A stretch of 64,000 bases of DNA. Source: Eledone cirrhosa. Its lineage: Eukaryota. Within the stretch, counting starts at the first letter, position 1. Each line of letters opens with the position of its first letter. The position numbers were made by a program, and so were the translations under genes. Shown here in pieces: positions 43,386-56,966 of this stretch. The notes under the pieces were generated by a model. The model had not been told where the DNA came from, did not search any database, and saw nothing but the letters and a program-made list of their open reading frames with translations. The DNA lies in NCBI GenBank assembly GCA_964016885.1, contig OZ024743.1:107136001-107200000 (forward strand). Direction: 5' to 3'.

Positions 43386-44185
43386 TCATAATTGTTTCAA
43401 GATTAGGCACAAGGTCAGCAATTACCCCAGTGCATAACTGGTGCTTTATCATATCGATCCCGTAAGGCTGAAAGGCAAAACTATCCCCGGCAGTATTTGA
43501 TCTCAGAACATAAAGGGCCATAACTCTATGATGCAATACGTGGTGTCTGACGCTCTACCGATACAATATAGGTATGAATCGAAGTTATAGCCACAGTGGT
43601 GCAGATACCATTGGGATTGTTTCGTAACCCTTGAAGACCAACGAAGTAAACACACAAAGTTAAGAATGTGTAACGACAAGAAAAGCGGCCAAATATATGT
43701 GGCCATACATATATCAGAACAACGATTATTACCAATAGGTCGGAAACTAACCTCTTTTTACTTTGGACAAAAATGTTTTAATTGTTGGCACATTTCAATG
43801 CATTATGTCTACCTCAAACAATTTGATTGGTACTGCTTTACTGCGGGTACAACTTCGATTTACGGGTAGAGAGTCGGACAACCTGCTTCATGGCAATTTA
43901 CGTTCCGAGTTCAAATCCAGCCAAGGTTAGCTGTGCCTTTCATCTTGTGGAGTAGATAAAATAAATTACCAGCTACGCACTGGCGTCGATTTAATCCACT
44001 TTTCCCACCCCCAAAATTGATGGCCTTTTGCCTATATAACAAATCATTACTGCCCTTGCTATTCTGAGTTCAAATCCCACCGAGGTTAACTTTGCCTTTC
44101 ATCATTACGGGGTCGATAAAATAAAGTACCAGTAATGCACTGGTAAATTGCTGGCCTTTGTGACAAAAATAGAAACAATTATTAT
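43386..44185. mobile_element. Cluster of SINE family-1 copies (43386-43565 -, 43860-44045 +, 44055-44185 +)
   Basis: Each carries the B box gagttcaaatcc and/or the gcctttcatc...gataaaataa core. Confidence 0.78.
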
Positions 44186-44269
44186 TTTATATATACATAT
44201 ATGTATGTGTAAAAGTTAAACATAAATAGCAACACAAACGGTACATTATATGGAAGGAATATATTACTT

Positions 44270-45570
44270 TGACGCTTGAATTAGCAGTCTTAACGTTTCG
44301 GACGCGATTCCTTCACTATAATAAATAATGAGAAATTAGAAAGATTGAGGGGAGGGGTGGGCGGTATCTGAAAAAAATTGTTTCGAGAAAAATAACAGAT
44401 CCATTCATGTTGCCGTTTCTTGTAAAACTATTGTATGATAAAGATATACTTTTTTTTTTAGAATAGTGGATGACGAAGCGCGTCTATCTGAAAAAAGAAA
44501 AGAAAAAGCATTTTGCATATAGAGCTGCGCGCGCGCGCGCGTGTGTATCCAGAGATGTGAGGGAGAAAGTAGAGCTGTGTTTGCACAATTAGGTGGTCTG
44601 TATCAGCTGTTAAAGTATATGTTTCTGACCTAAAGAGAGCCATAGGAATCTAGGGGTGAACGTACAAGCGCGTGTGTGACAACGGACGGAGTATTCGTGA
44701 CGGTGGCAAAGGGTAGAAAAGTAAGCACAAACGTAAGTGTGTAATATTAAATAAATTGAAGAGAGGAAATGATTCCAATAGAGAAACAGGACCCAATGCG
44801 GAAAATCAAACTCTGTTCAGTCCTGGTGTGCGAGGCCTGGGATAAGTGATGTTAAAAGACACAAAGGACTGAGACATGTTGGGAAGTGTGATCTGGGAAA
44901 TGGAAATGACGGGCGAAGGGAGTACCCACACCGAGTCGTACGTGCCAATGGTGCCTGTGAGAGTGGTGAGGATGGAAATGAAAGGACAGGTGTTACAGCA
45001 GGGTTGAGAACAAGGATGAGAACCGGGTGGAGTCTTAGGAGAGGAAGGGAAGAAACTGCGTTCCATGAGGTCGTGAGGTTTACGAGCGCGCATAAACGCT
45101 GTGATAGGTGGGGATGAAAAAAGAGAGAAGTTATAGGGTCAGAAAAGAGGGTACGGAAGAAACGGAGAATATGTCACCGGAGAGGTAGTGTGATGGAGTG
45201 GTAGGTGAGAGGGACAGGAAGGCGGGTGTTATGAGGTTCGTGATCGGGTGAGAGAGCTGTTGTGAGGTCGTTTTCACGGGTGAGTGTGAGGGAAGCTTGG
45301 ATCAGCGTGGGGGGATTTCCTCGCTGGAGGCCATGTGAATCGTGGTCCTTCTACAGAGCCGACGAAGACGGAGGAATTATGAGTAGGGTTTTGAGAGTTT
45401 GGTGTGGATTGGCTGGGAGGAGGTGAAGTCGAGATAAGACAGGGATTCAATAGGTTTGTAGAAGGTGGAATTAGTGAGGGTGTGGTAAGTTTGATCGACA
45501 GATAGATGTCAAGAAAAGTGACTGAAGAATCGGACACTTTGGTCGTGAAGGTGAGAGAGGGATGACAAAA
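44270..45570 (-). mobile_element. Decayed PLE (Neptune-like) 3' half with pLTR/HHR remnant
   Basis: Minus strand HPSLTFTTKVSDSSVTFLDI, FYKPIESLSYLDFTSSQP, FLRLRRLC, PGSHPCSQPCCNTCPFI. An HHR-like remnant gaaggaatcgcgtccgaaacgtta lies at ~44290-44315. Confidence 0.78.
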
Positions 45571-46100
45571 AAAATGTAATTTTTAATTATTTTTACTTAT
45601 ATATTTTTCTTATTTTTGAATTTTTAAACATTTTTGAAAAATGTTTAATTTCTTTAAATTTCTTTAGAATTTGTTTTAATTTTATTAATTACTTTTAATT
45701 ATTATTTCTTAGATTATTTTTAAATGATTGTACTTAAAATTATTATTATTTTTTAAATTATCTTTAATTGCTTATGTTTGCTTTTGTGTACCTTCACATG
45801 CCTCAGTCTCCTGTGGGAAAATCTTCCTGTATTATTGTATAATCATGTTTTGTTGTAATGTTGACTCATAAATCCAGTACGCATTCTTTCCATCCTTCTC
45901 ATACCCAATCTCCCTCATGCTATCCTGTACTGTTTCTCTATCGTTCTGGTGACTAAGCTCGGTAGAGCTTATATTCAGCACAATATTTTTGTGTATTACG
46001 CTCTGAGGTTTCCTGCCCCACAGTATGGATGAAACATTGTTATCGAATAAAAATTGTATAAGTATGTAGGCGTTCTTTGATTTATTTTCTCTCTCTCTCT

Positions 46101-46169
<69 letters not shown>

Positions 46170-46237
46170 ATATTAACAAATGGAAACTATATTTATAAAA
46201 TATTTTGCTTGTTGTATCCCAACAAATTAATTATAAC

Positions 46238-47113
<876 letters not shown>

Positions 47114-47138
47114 TATATACATATATATACATATATAC

Positions 47139-47219
<81 letters not shown>

Positions 47220-47230
47220 CATACATATAA

Positions 47231-47311
<81 letters not shown>

Positions 47312-47365
47312 CTTATATATACATATATATACATATATATATACATATATACACACACACACACC

Positions 47366-47419
<54 letters not shown>

Positions 47420-47793
47420 GCTGCATCGATACTTCTATTTTTCTATTTAAATCTTTGTGTCTCGTTCTATTCTCCGACGAATGACTAGCGTTCGAAATGC
47501 TAAGACATTTGACCTACTATAAAACGATTGTCTAATCCCACGTATGCTTTATCTCTAAAAAAATGTTTACTTATCTTTCCTCTGCTGAGTGTCCTCTAAC
47601 TGTAAATGAAGCACTGACGGCCGAAATCTTAAGATATTCTTCCTAATATATCAAGCGTGAAAATAATACCTATATTCACTCTAATCTTTTGTTTGATAAG
47701 TTGTTTTCCGTTTACATTTCGCAAAAATACACACATGCATATCTATCTATCTGTTTATTTATCTATCTATTTACATGTCTGTATATATATATG

Positions 47794-49226
<1,433 letters not shown>

Positions 49227-49241
49227 TATATATATATATAT

Positions 49242-49285
49242 ATATTTATTAAAATAACAGATTAATCTGTTATTTTAATAAATAT
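49242..49285. repeat. Perfect 44-bp palindrome next to (TA)n
   Basis: atatttattaaaataacagattaatctgttattttaataaatat. Confidence 0.9.
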
Positions 49286-49358
49286 TTGCTCTACGGTTGA
49301 TATATATTTATCCTTATCGAGCCCTCTTTGGATTTTAGTCTTCAAATTTATTATTATA

Positions 49359-49441
<83 letters not shown>

Positions 49442-49466
49442 CATAAATATATATATATATGTATAA

Positions 49467-49743
49467 GAAAGTGAGGTTTTTTTACAAAATGAAAAGTAAC
49501 CGAAGTGTCCTACACGAGTGAGTGTATAAAGAAAAAAAGATGAAATCGAAAATACAATTGGAGTCTTATTTTTTTTTTAATTATATATATTTATTTGGTT
49601 TCTTTACCGGTTCGCAGTTCTTCTATTTCATCTTTTTTTCTTTCCTGATGATTTCTAAAGAATAAAACAGTTCTAGTCCTGTAGAATCTCATCTATATTA
49701 AAACTGTTATACTCTATATATATTTTTTTTTTTCTAGGGCGGG

Positions 49744-49774
<31 letters not shown>

Positions 49775-50008
49775 AAAAAAAGATGAAATCGAAAATGCAA
49801 CTGTGAGAAAAACCACAGACCCTCCATCTTAACTCTACTTTTGAAAAGCAGACGAACTGCGAAACCGGTAAAGGAACCAAATAATATATATATTTTTTAA
49901 AAAATAAGACTCCAGTTGCATTTTCGATTTCATCGTTTTTTTATTTATACTTTCACTCGTGTAGGACACCTCGGTTATTTTTCATTTTGTAAAAAAAACC
50001 TCACTTTC
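49467..50008. mobile_element. Head-to-head non-coding element with a nested family-A HHR fragment (49642-49715)
   Basis: 49467-49620 is the reverse complement of 49854-50008. The nested copy has GAAA mutated to AAAA. Confidence 0.8.
49838..49873 (+). ncRNA. Minimal hammerhead ribozyme, U3-A8 core variant
   Basis: ctt TTGAAAA gcag-acgaa-ctgc GAAA ccgg TA aag. Confidence 0.65.
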
Positions 50009-50010
50009 CA

Positions 50011-50040
<30 letters not shown>

Positions 50041-50044
<4 letters not shown>

Positions 50045-50878
50045 TAGAATGATCGAGTATCGAAAAATCGGCGCACGAGTTCACGATAAACAAAATTCGA
50101 TATGAGCGGCAGAGTGCTCGCTGATTTAGATAAATCAGAGCTATAACTATCGTTAAAATACCGTCACACATAGAACTAGTCTATATTCAACCGCACGATC
50201 GAAAAAATCGATAACGGAAGATTCGGGACACTCAGATAAAAAATATCAATAAATTAATACTTTAAATGAATGTAAAATCATACCCGGACCCACTAGAAAG
50301 GTGATAAATCTAGCTTCTTGGGTTTCTGTAAATCCTTAAACTGTACTCTATCAGCTCACATATAAATATATAAGACTTCTAGAATTCAGGGGACAGGAAA
50401 TTTACTTCTTCAACGAGCTTCGTCCGAACGGATAAGATGGCTAAACCCAGGCTAAATACGCACATGGAATTCGGCAAGGGAGATAACCTCTACATCCGCG
50501 AAAACTATTCGAGAAAATGTGGAAATACACATATCGAATAAAAATGCTCAATAGACATGTTAAAATAAAACAGGAGCTATTCATCACTCAATAGAATCGA
50601 CAAAAAATGAGCAATAAAATTAACTGGTGGATAGCTATGTCCAGAGCTAAATATATTAGAATGATCGAGTATCGAAAAATCGGCGCACGAGTTCACGATA
50701 AACAAAATTCGATATGAGCGGCAGAGTGCTCGCTGATTTAGATAAATGAGAGCTATAACTATCGTTAAAATACCGTCACACATAGAACAAGTCTATAAAC
50801 AACCGCACGATCGAAAAAATCGATAACGGAAGATTCGGGACACTCAGATAAAAAATATCATTAAATTAATAATTTAAA
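50041..50878. repeat. 612-bp unit with ~225-bp terminal direct repeat, in (TA)n
   Basis: atattagaatgatcgagtatcg... at 50041 and 50653, near-identical to ~50878. Confidence 0.9.
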
Positions 50879-50904
50879 TATATATATATATATATATACA
50901 GACA

Positions 50905-50951
<47 letters not shown>

Positions 50952-51720
50952 ATGCGTAAGCGTATGTGTATGTGTGACTGTGTCGGTCGTGTGTGTGAGT
51001 ACAGGTGTATACACTATCTCTCTATTTATCAATCTATCTATCCGTCTATCTATTATCATGCATACATACATACAGATAAATGTGTGCGAGAGGGAGAGAA
51101 AGAGAGAGAGATGGAGAGAGAGAGATGGAGGCGTAAGTAATTATACGAGGATTCTGACAGAAATGTGTTGCTGACTTGTTTCACTGTAACTTAATAAATG
51201 AATTCTTTTTTTTTTAAGATTTGAAATGAAAATAAATATAAAAAATTTCACATGTGTTGACGTAAAACCGAATTTTGTATTTCAACCTTCGACCTTCGCC
51301 AACATGTCTGAACTAACTTCATTTTGACATTTAGTACAAACACATATATACAATTTCACATACACTGGGCGTGTGCAGCTGTGAAACTGAAATATTGTCT
51401 AATTATTAGTAATCACCTTCTTGTTTGACATTATCCATAATTCTTCGAAGCGTTTCGTTTTTCTATCTTCCGTCTTTCTATTTTTTCTCACACACTAAAA
51501 GACCTCCCTATTTTTATATTACTCATTTCCTACAATTGTACCTGGTAAAATGTTGATATGATTCTCTGTTGGGGGAAAAACGTTGTTCATTTTTATTTTA
51601 TTCAATGTCGTTGTGTGTGTGCTTTTTTTACTTTCATCTTTTTTTTAAATCGGTCTGTTTTACGGAAACAAAAATCAGTAAATATATGTCTATGCACTTT
51701 TTGTATATTTATATATATAT

Positions 51721-51787
51721 AGTTTTAATATAGATGAGATTCTACAGGACTAGAACTGTTTCATTTTTTAGAAATCATTAGAAATCT
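51721..51787 (-). mobile_element. Family-A HHR fragment (mutated core CTAATGA)
   Basis: agttttaatatagatgagattctacaggactagaactgtttc matches 49102-49145 and 62462-62503. Confidence 0.8.
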
Positions 51788-51898
51788 GGCTTGGTAAAAT
51801 AAATATTGTGGTATTTATAACTTTTCCGGTGGTAGGAGAGGGTGGGGAGTGGGGTGGGTGGAGGTCATTGGTTGAAAGAAAAGGGAATTCAGTAAAAG

Positions 51899-51948
<50 letters not shown>

Positions 51949-51962
51949 TGTGTGTGTGTGTG

Positions 51963-52037
<75 letters not shown>

Positions 52038-52550
52038 GCGTCTGTGTGTGCAGAAAGTTCAGTAAATCCGAAGAAAAGTGGCGAGAGAACCAAAGACATC
52101 ACTCGATGCACGGTAGAGTGTATACATTAAAAACAATGTATAAATCTAACATAGGAGATGTTTTGCTCCATCCTGGTTGAAGCAGCTCGCTCATGGTGTG
52201 GGATGGCACACCCAAACGAGATGAGAAGTCTACCTGATCTTCAGACCAGTGAGAACACAACAAGAATCACATTACATCTGTGGACGAACCATATATATAT
52301 ATAAGCACGATATAGAGTTAATTCGTCATCTGTAGTTAAATAACATCTTGTATATTTAGGTATAAGCAAAGAAACTCGTAACTGGATAAGAGTGTAACTT
52401 TTGAAATGATAATTGTTCTCGTATCATAGATGTAATATCCAATCAGTATGGCGTACAAATATGGGTTCCTTAAGAGTAAATAAATTCCAAGAAACATTTA
52501 ACAGAGAGAAGAATCTAATCAACTCTATATAGTTTTCTATTTCTATACTA

Positions 52551-52609
52551 ATTATATATACTAGCAGAAAAACCACCCCTCGGGTGGTTTTTCTGCTAGT
52601 ATATATAAT
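52551..52609. repeat. Perfect hairpin/palindrome
   Basis: attatatatactagcagaaaaaccacc-ctcg-ggtggtttttctgctagtatatataat. Confidence 0.9.
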
Positions 52610-53045
52610 GTGCATATTGATATTATACGCAAATATGCATGTAGATATGATACATCAAATAAAATCACAATTGACAATATCCACTGAAATTGAACGTAGA
52701 CTACGTTATACTCGCTTATGTAATCAGTAACGTAATCCATGATACATTAAAAAAAAGACGATATTATATATAAACAGCATTAGGAGAAAATTAGTGAGGG
52801 AAATATGTGAATTTTTATTTAAGCGATCGCTAATCGGAAGTGTTGACATTTGAAAATTTTAAAGAAGTGAATCTTAAAATAAGCCACAAAATTAATTTAT
52901 ATTTAATCAAGAATAGCGAAATTTAGTAGATAAATTTTGTAATAGTCATTCATTATTTATTCAAAGTAATCTAACTTATTTTACAAACGGGATAAAAAAA
53001 TATATTTTGGACGCAGTCCCACACTACTTACTTTATTATAGTTTT

Positions 53046-53076
<31 letters not shown>

Positions 53077-53080
<4 letters not shown>

Positions 53081-53540
53081 CACGTACATATATGTATACA
53101 GACGTACAGTAGTATGTATATATACATACATGCACACATATATATATGTACGTATGGATTCACCGAACATTTATTATAATGCTCGGTGCGTTTGTAAACA
53201 AACATCCCGTATTCAAGCCGTAGTGTCCAGCAACCATCGTTGCTCGTTTGTTCAACACTGACAAAGGAACGCTGTACTAGTTTCAAGCTTATTAGCTATC
53301 GTCAGCAACGTATACCTTTCTGCCAGATTGTTGAACGTATATACTTACCTTATGCATATTAACAGCTGAGAATCCCAATTTGCATATCGAGTGGGTTAAT
53401 CGGCCGGGTGCACCGAAAACGATAAACGGAAAAAATGAAACGAAATTTCATTTCCCACTTTTAGTACGGCTGTTACTTAAATATAAGTATGTACACGTAC
53501 ATACATATATGTATACAGACGTACAGTAGTATGTATATAT
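53077..53540 (-). mobile_element. 413-bp retrozyme-like monomer with ~50-bp terminal redundancy
   Basis: gtacacgtacata...gtatacagacgtacagtagtatgtatatat occurs at 53078 and 53491; one internal HHR. Confidence 0.72.
53269..53311 (-). ncRNA. Minimal type I hammerhead ribozyme
   Basis: Minus strand: acgttg CTGACGA tagct-aata-agctt GAAA ctag TA cagcgt. Palindromic CTAG stem III, GUA triplet. Confidence 0.85.
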
Positions 53541-53684
53541 AAATCATCAGGAATCCTGATGTTTTCTAAAGAATGAAACAGTTCTAGTCCTGTTGAATAT
53601 CATCTATTTTAAAACTTTTATACTCTGCTATGTATAGAGTACCTTACTTGCCGTTGTTACCACCGATTCAACACGGAATAACGT
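53541..53684 (+). mobile_element. Family-A HHR mini-element (degenerate) with a short inverted 5' stub
   Basis: aaatcatcaggaatcctgatgttttc fold-back, then the family-A body ending gattcaacacggaataacg|TA. Confidence 0.8.
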
Positions 53685-53690
53685 GTATAT

Positions 53691-53776
<86 letters not shown>

Positions 53777-53780
<4 letters not shown>

Positions 53781-56780
53781 AGTAGTTTAGAAAGCCACAA
53801 CAATGCAGAGGGAAATCTCGAGGTAGGAAGTGAATGATAGATAGGAGAAATAGGAGAAAGTGAAAATTGAGAGAGACAAAGATGAAAACAAAACAAAGGT
53901 AGAAGGGTTACCGTAGTGGAGATTTAATCCCAATATTTCGGGCTCACGCCCATCAACGGGGGAAAGTTCCAAAAGGGGGGGAACAGGCTAAGCGGAGAAA
54001 GTTGTGATGTCGTTAAAACAGGAATGCCGTTATGGGGAGAAAATTATTTAAAATTTAAATGAGGGAAAGAATGCGCGTGCGCGTGATAGGCTGTGGCAAA
54101 AGCTACTGACCAAATGGGTTAAATCAAGAGGGTGCGCTAGCGTGTGAAAGCCGTAAAATATGTGTGTGTAAATATATATGTGTGTGTAACTGTGTGTGTA
54201 TATGTGTAAGTGTGTATATGTGTGAGTGTGTGTGTGTGTGAAAGATAGTGGGCTGTAGAAGCTGGAAATCAAAGGGTGTGAAAGGTGGTAGGTTGTAAAA
54301 CATGTGTGCGTGTATAAATATAGATGTGTGTGTGTAAGCGTATGGGTATACATGTGTGTGTAACTGTGTGTGTATATGTGTGAGTGCGTGTGTGTGTGAA
54401 AGATAGTGGGCTGTAGAAGCTGGAAATCAAAGGGTGTGAAGGTGGTAGGTTGTAAAAACATGTGTGCGTGTATAAATATAGATGTGTGTGTGTATGCGTA
54501 TGGGTAAGCATATACGTGCGTGTGTGTGAAAATAGCAGGCCGTAAGGGCTGTGAATGGTCACTATGGTTAAGTTAGCCATGTCAGCTCATTTCTCTCAGC
54601 CCGGTCGTTAAGTGGGGGTCTGAGGTTCTTAATAACAAGTGCTTCCTTTATCCTTAAGGATCCGATGCTGCGTTCAGTCGCTAGGACTGTGACCAAGGGT
54701 CTACCCTGTGGGTTTCCGCATTTAAGGATGTGTTTACGGAAGGAAGATGCGTTGGTGTTGATGTGTTCCTTGATACGAACATGTAGGGGTCGGATGGTGC
54801 TACCTATGTAAAACTTGTTACATTTATCGCATTGAATCTTATATACGACATAGGTGCGTAGGCAATCTGTCCCCCGTATCGGGCAGTTGCTGAGGGAACA
54901 CGTCCCATCTGACTCGTCGGGTTTGTTGGAGAGGCATCTTCGCAGCGAAGGTCCTGTGTGGGCCAAATGTATGTCAAGTCCCTCCGTCCGTGTGGCCCTG
55001 CGGATGGCGTTCGTGGTATATTCACTCAGGTGGGGGATTTTAAAGAAGCACCTGCTTTTATTTAAGTTTCTACTGGGTGTCTGTCTATTGGGTCTGGGGT
55101 CTCTAATTCCGTTAATCAGTCGCTTGGGATATCCATTAGACCTGAGTAGATTACGGAATTGCGTTGTATGGTTGAGACCACCCATCGGGTCGCTGCATCT
55201 GTTAGTGATCCGTGTCAGTTCATTTAGGACATAGCCTCTCTTAGTGTTGTTGGGGAGGGCTGAGTTGTAATGCACAAATAAGTCCTTGCACGCTGCTTTG
55301 CGGTAGAAGGTGGTGTTTATGTCTCCTTCTTCCGAGATGTTGATACGGAAGTCGAGGAGGGCGAGTGACCCGTCTTTTCCTGGGTGTTCGATGGTGAAAT
55401 CGACGTGATGGTCAGTATCGTTGAAGATTTGGTGAATTTCATTCGCCATCTCCCGGGAAGAAGTAAGTATCAGGATGTCATCAACGTATCTGGAGTAGAA
55501 GGCGACGGCGTTGTGTTGGCAGGTATTGAGTGCCTTGCGTTCCAGGTGGTCCATGTACGAGATCGCAAGTATGCCGGACAGACTAGAGCCCATAGGTAGC
55601 CCAGAGATTTGTTTGTACGTGTGGCCGAGGAAATAGAAGAGTGCATTATCCACAACGAAGGAGAGGAGTTGGTGGATGTCCGTGTGTGTGAGTCCGAAGC
55701 AGTGTAAGTTAGATGCTCGGACTCGTTCGGTCAACAGGTCGACGGCTGGGGATGCTGGTACGGAGGTATAAAGGGCGACCACATCAAGACTGAAGGCATA
55801 ACCGTTGTCCTCTCTGGTGTTGGGCGCCAGATGGTGTAGTCGCTCCAAGACCTCCTTTGAGCTGCAGACGTGGGCTGGTAGTGTGTGTAGAATGGGTTTC
55901 AGTAGTGTGGAGAGCAGCCACGATATTTTGTAGAGTGGGCCCTCCACGCTAGAGACAATGGGCCTGATTTTCAAATCGGGTCCTTGTTTATGTGTTTTAA
56001 CCAGGTGGTAGAAGGTGGGTAGTTTGCTGTTTCAAGTCATTATGTTGTTTTTTACCTTCTTTGGCAGTTTTCGTTGGACACAGATGTTAGTCCATATGGT
56101 GTTAATGCCTTCCTCGATTAGAGTCGAGGAGGTCCCTGTGACTTTCGAGTAGAGGCTGTGGTCATTAAGATGTTGGAGAGCTAAGTTGTTGTAGGTCTCT
56201 CTCGAGATGACACAGAATTCTTTCCCCTTGTCAGAGGGAAGGTACACAAGGTTCCTGGATCTTAGGTTGGTGAGAGTATTAAATTGTGCATTGGTGAGGT
56301 TGCGTTTATTGTGTGTGTGTGTGTGTTGGGAAAGGATGTTAGAGATAGAATGTTTCAACCTGAGTAGTTTAGTGTCAAGTTCGTGGTTGGTGGGTGGGGG
56401 GTGGAGTGGGTTGTCGAGGTGGTACGTGGGGAGCGTGGGGTGGGTTGTGGGGTTGTAATCGATCTCGGTGTTGTTTTGGATGGCGGTTAGCCATTTCAGT
56501 TGATATGCTGTCCGACAGAAGTTGGTTTCGATGTCGAGTTTCAGTCTATCATCGAGACGCTGTGTAATGATGAACTTGGGTCCGAGGCGCAGAAGTTCGA
56601 GTTCGTCGTTGGTGAGGGTACCGGTTAGGTCGGTAACGAGGTGTGAAGCATCGTTGGTAGGTAGTTCGATGTTGGGGGGTGTAGCGGAGGGTGTTGTATA
56701 GCTGTTGCCCCTGGTGTGGTTGTAGTCGGTCCGTCTGTGGGAGCGGATGTTGTCATTGTAGTATTTGTTTACAGTCCATA
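53777..56780 (-). mobile_element. Second Penelope-like element (5'-truncated), in (TA)n
   Basis: RT + GIY-YIG coding region. The 3' UTR has a 158-bp internal duplication (54237/54395) and an HHR-like remnant at 53928-53963. Confidence 0.92.
54568..56775 (-). pseudogene. PLE RT-GIY-YIG polyprotein with one in-frame TGA (56032-56034)
   Basis: ORFs 56032-56787 and 54568-55974 are in the same frame, bridged by NSKLPTFYHLVKTHK. Motifs: LRLGPKF, PSDKG, RPIVS, SLDVVALYTSV, GLPMGS, YSRYVDDI, VVYKIQCDKC..FYIGST.RPLHVRIKEH. Confidence 0.92.
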
Positions 56781-56966
56781 TATACATATATATATATATT
56801 TATATATATATATATATGAAATAATTCGGGAACCCGACGGCGGAAGCTTAGCCGACAGGCTCCCGAATTTTATCATATTACCCACTCTACTAACCCGAGT
56901 ATATAGTAGTGTGGTGAGTAATGGTCTAACTGGTATTTACTGCATCTATTCTGATTTATATATATA

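Noticed and set aside
52551-52609. Helitron 3' end (hairpin + CTAGT)
   Set aside because: CTAG is part of a symmetric palindrome, and no Helitron 5' end or body is seen.
56032-56034. In-frame TGA as selenocysteine
   Set aside because: Not at an evident Cys position and no SECIS recognised; a nonsense mutation is simpler.
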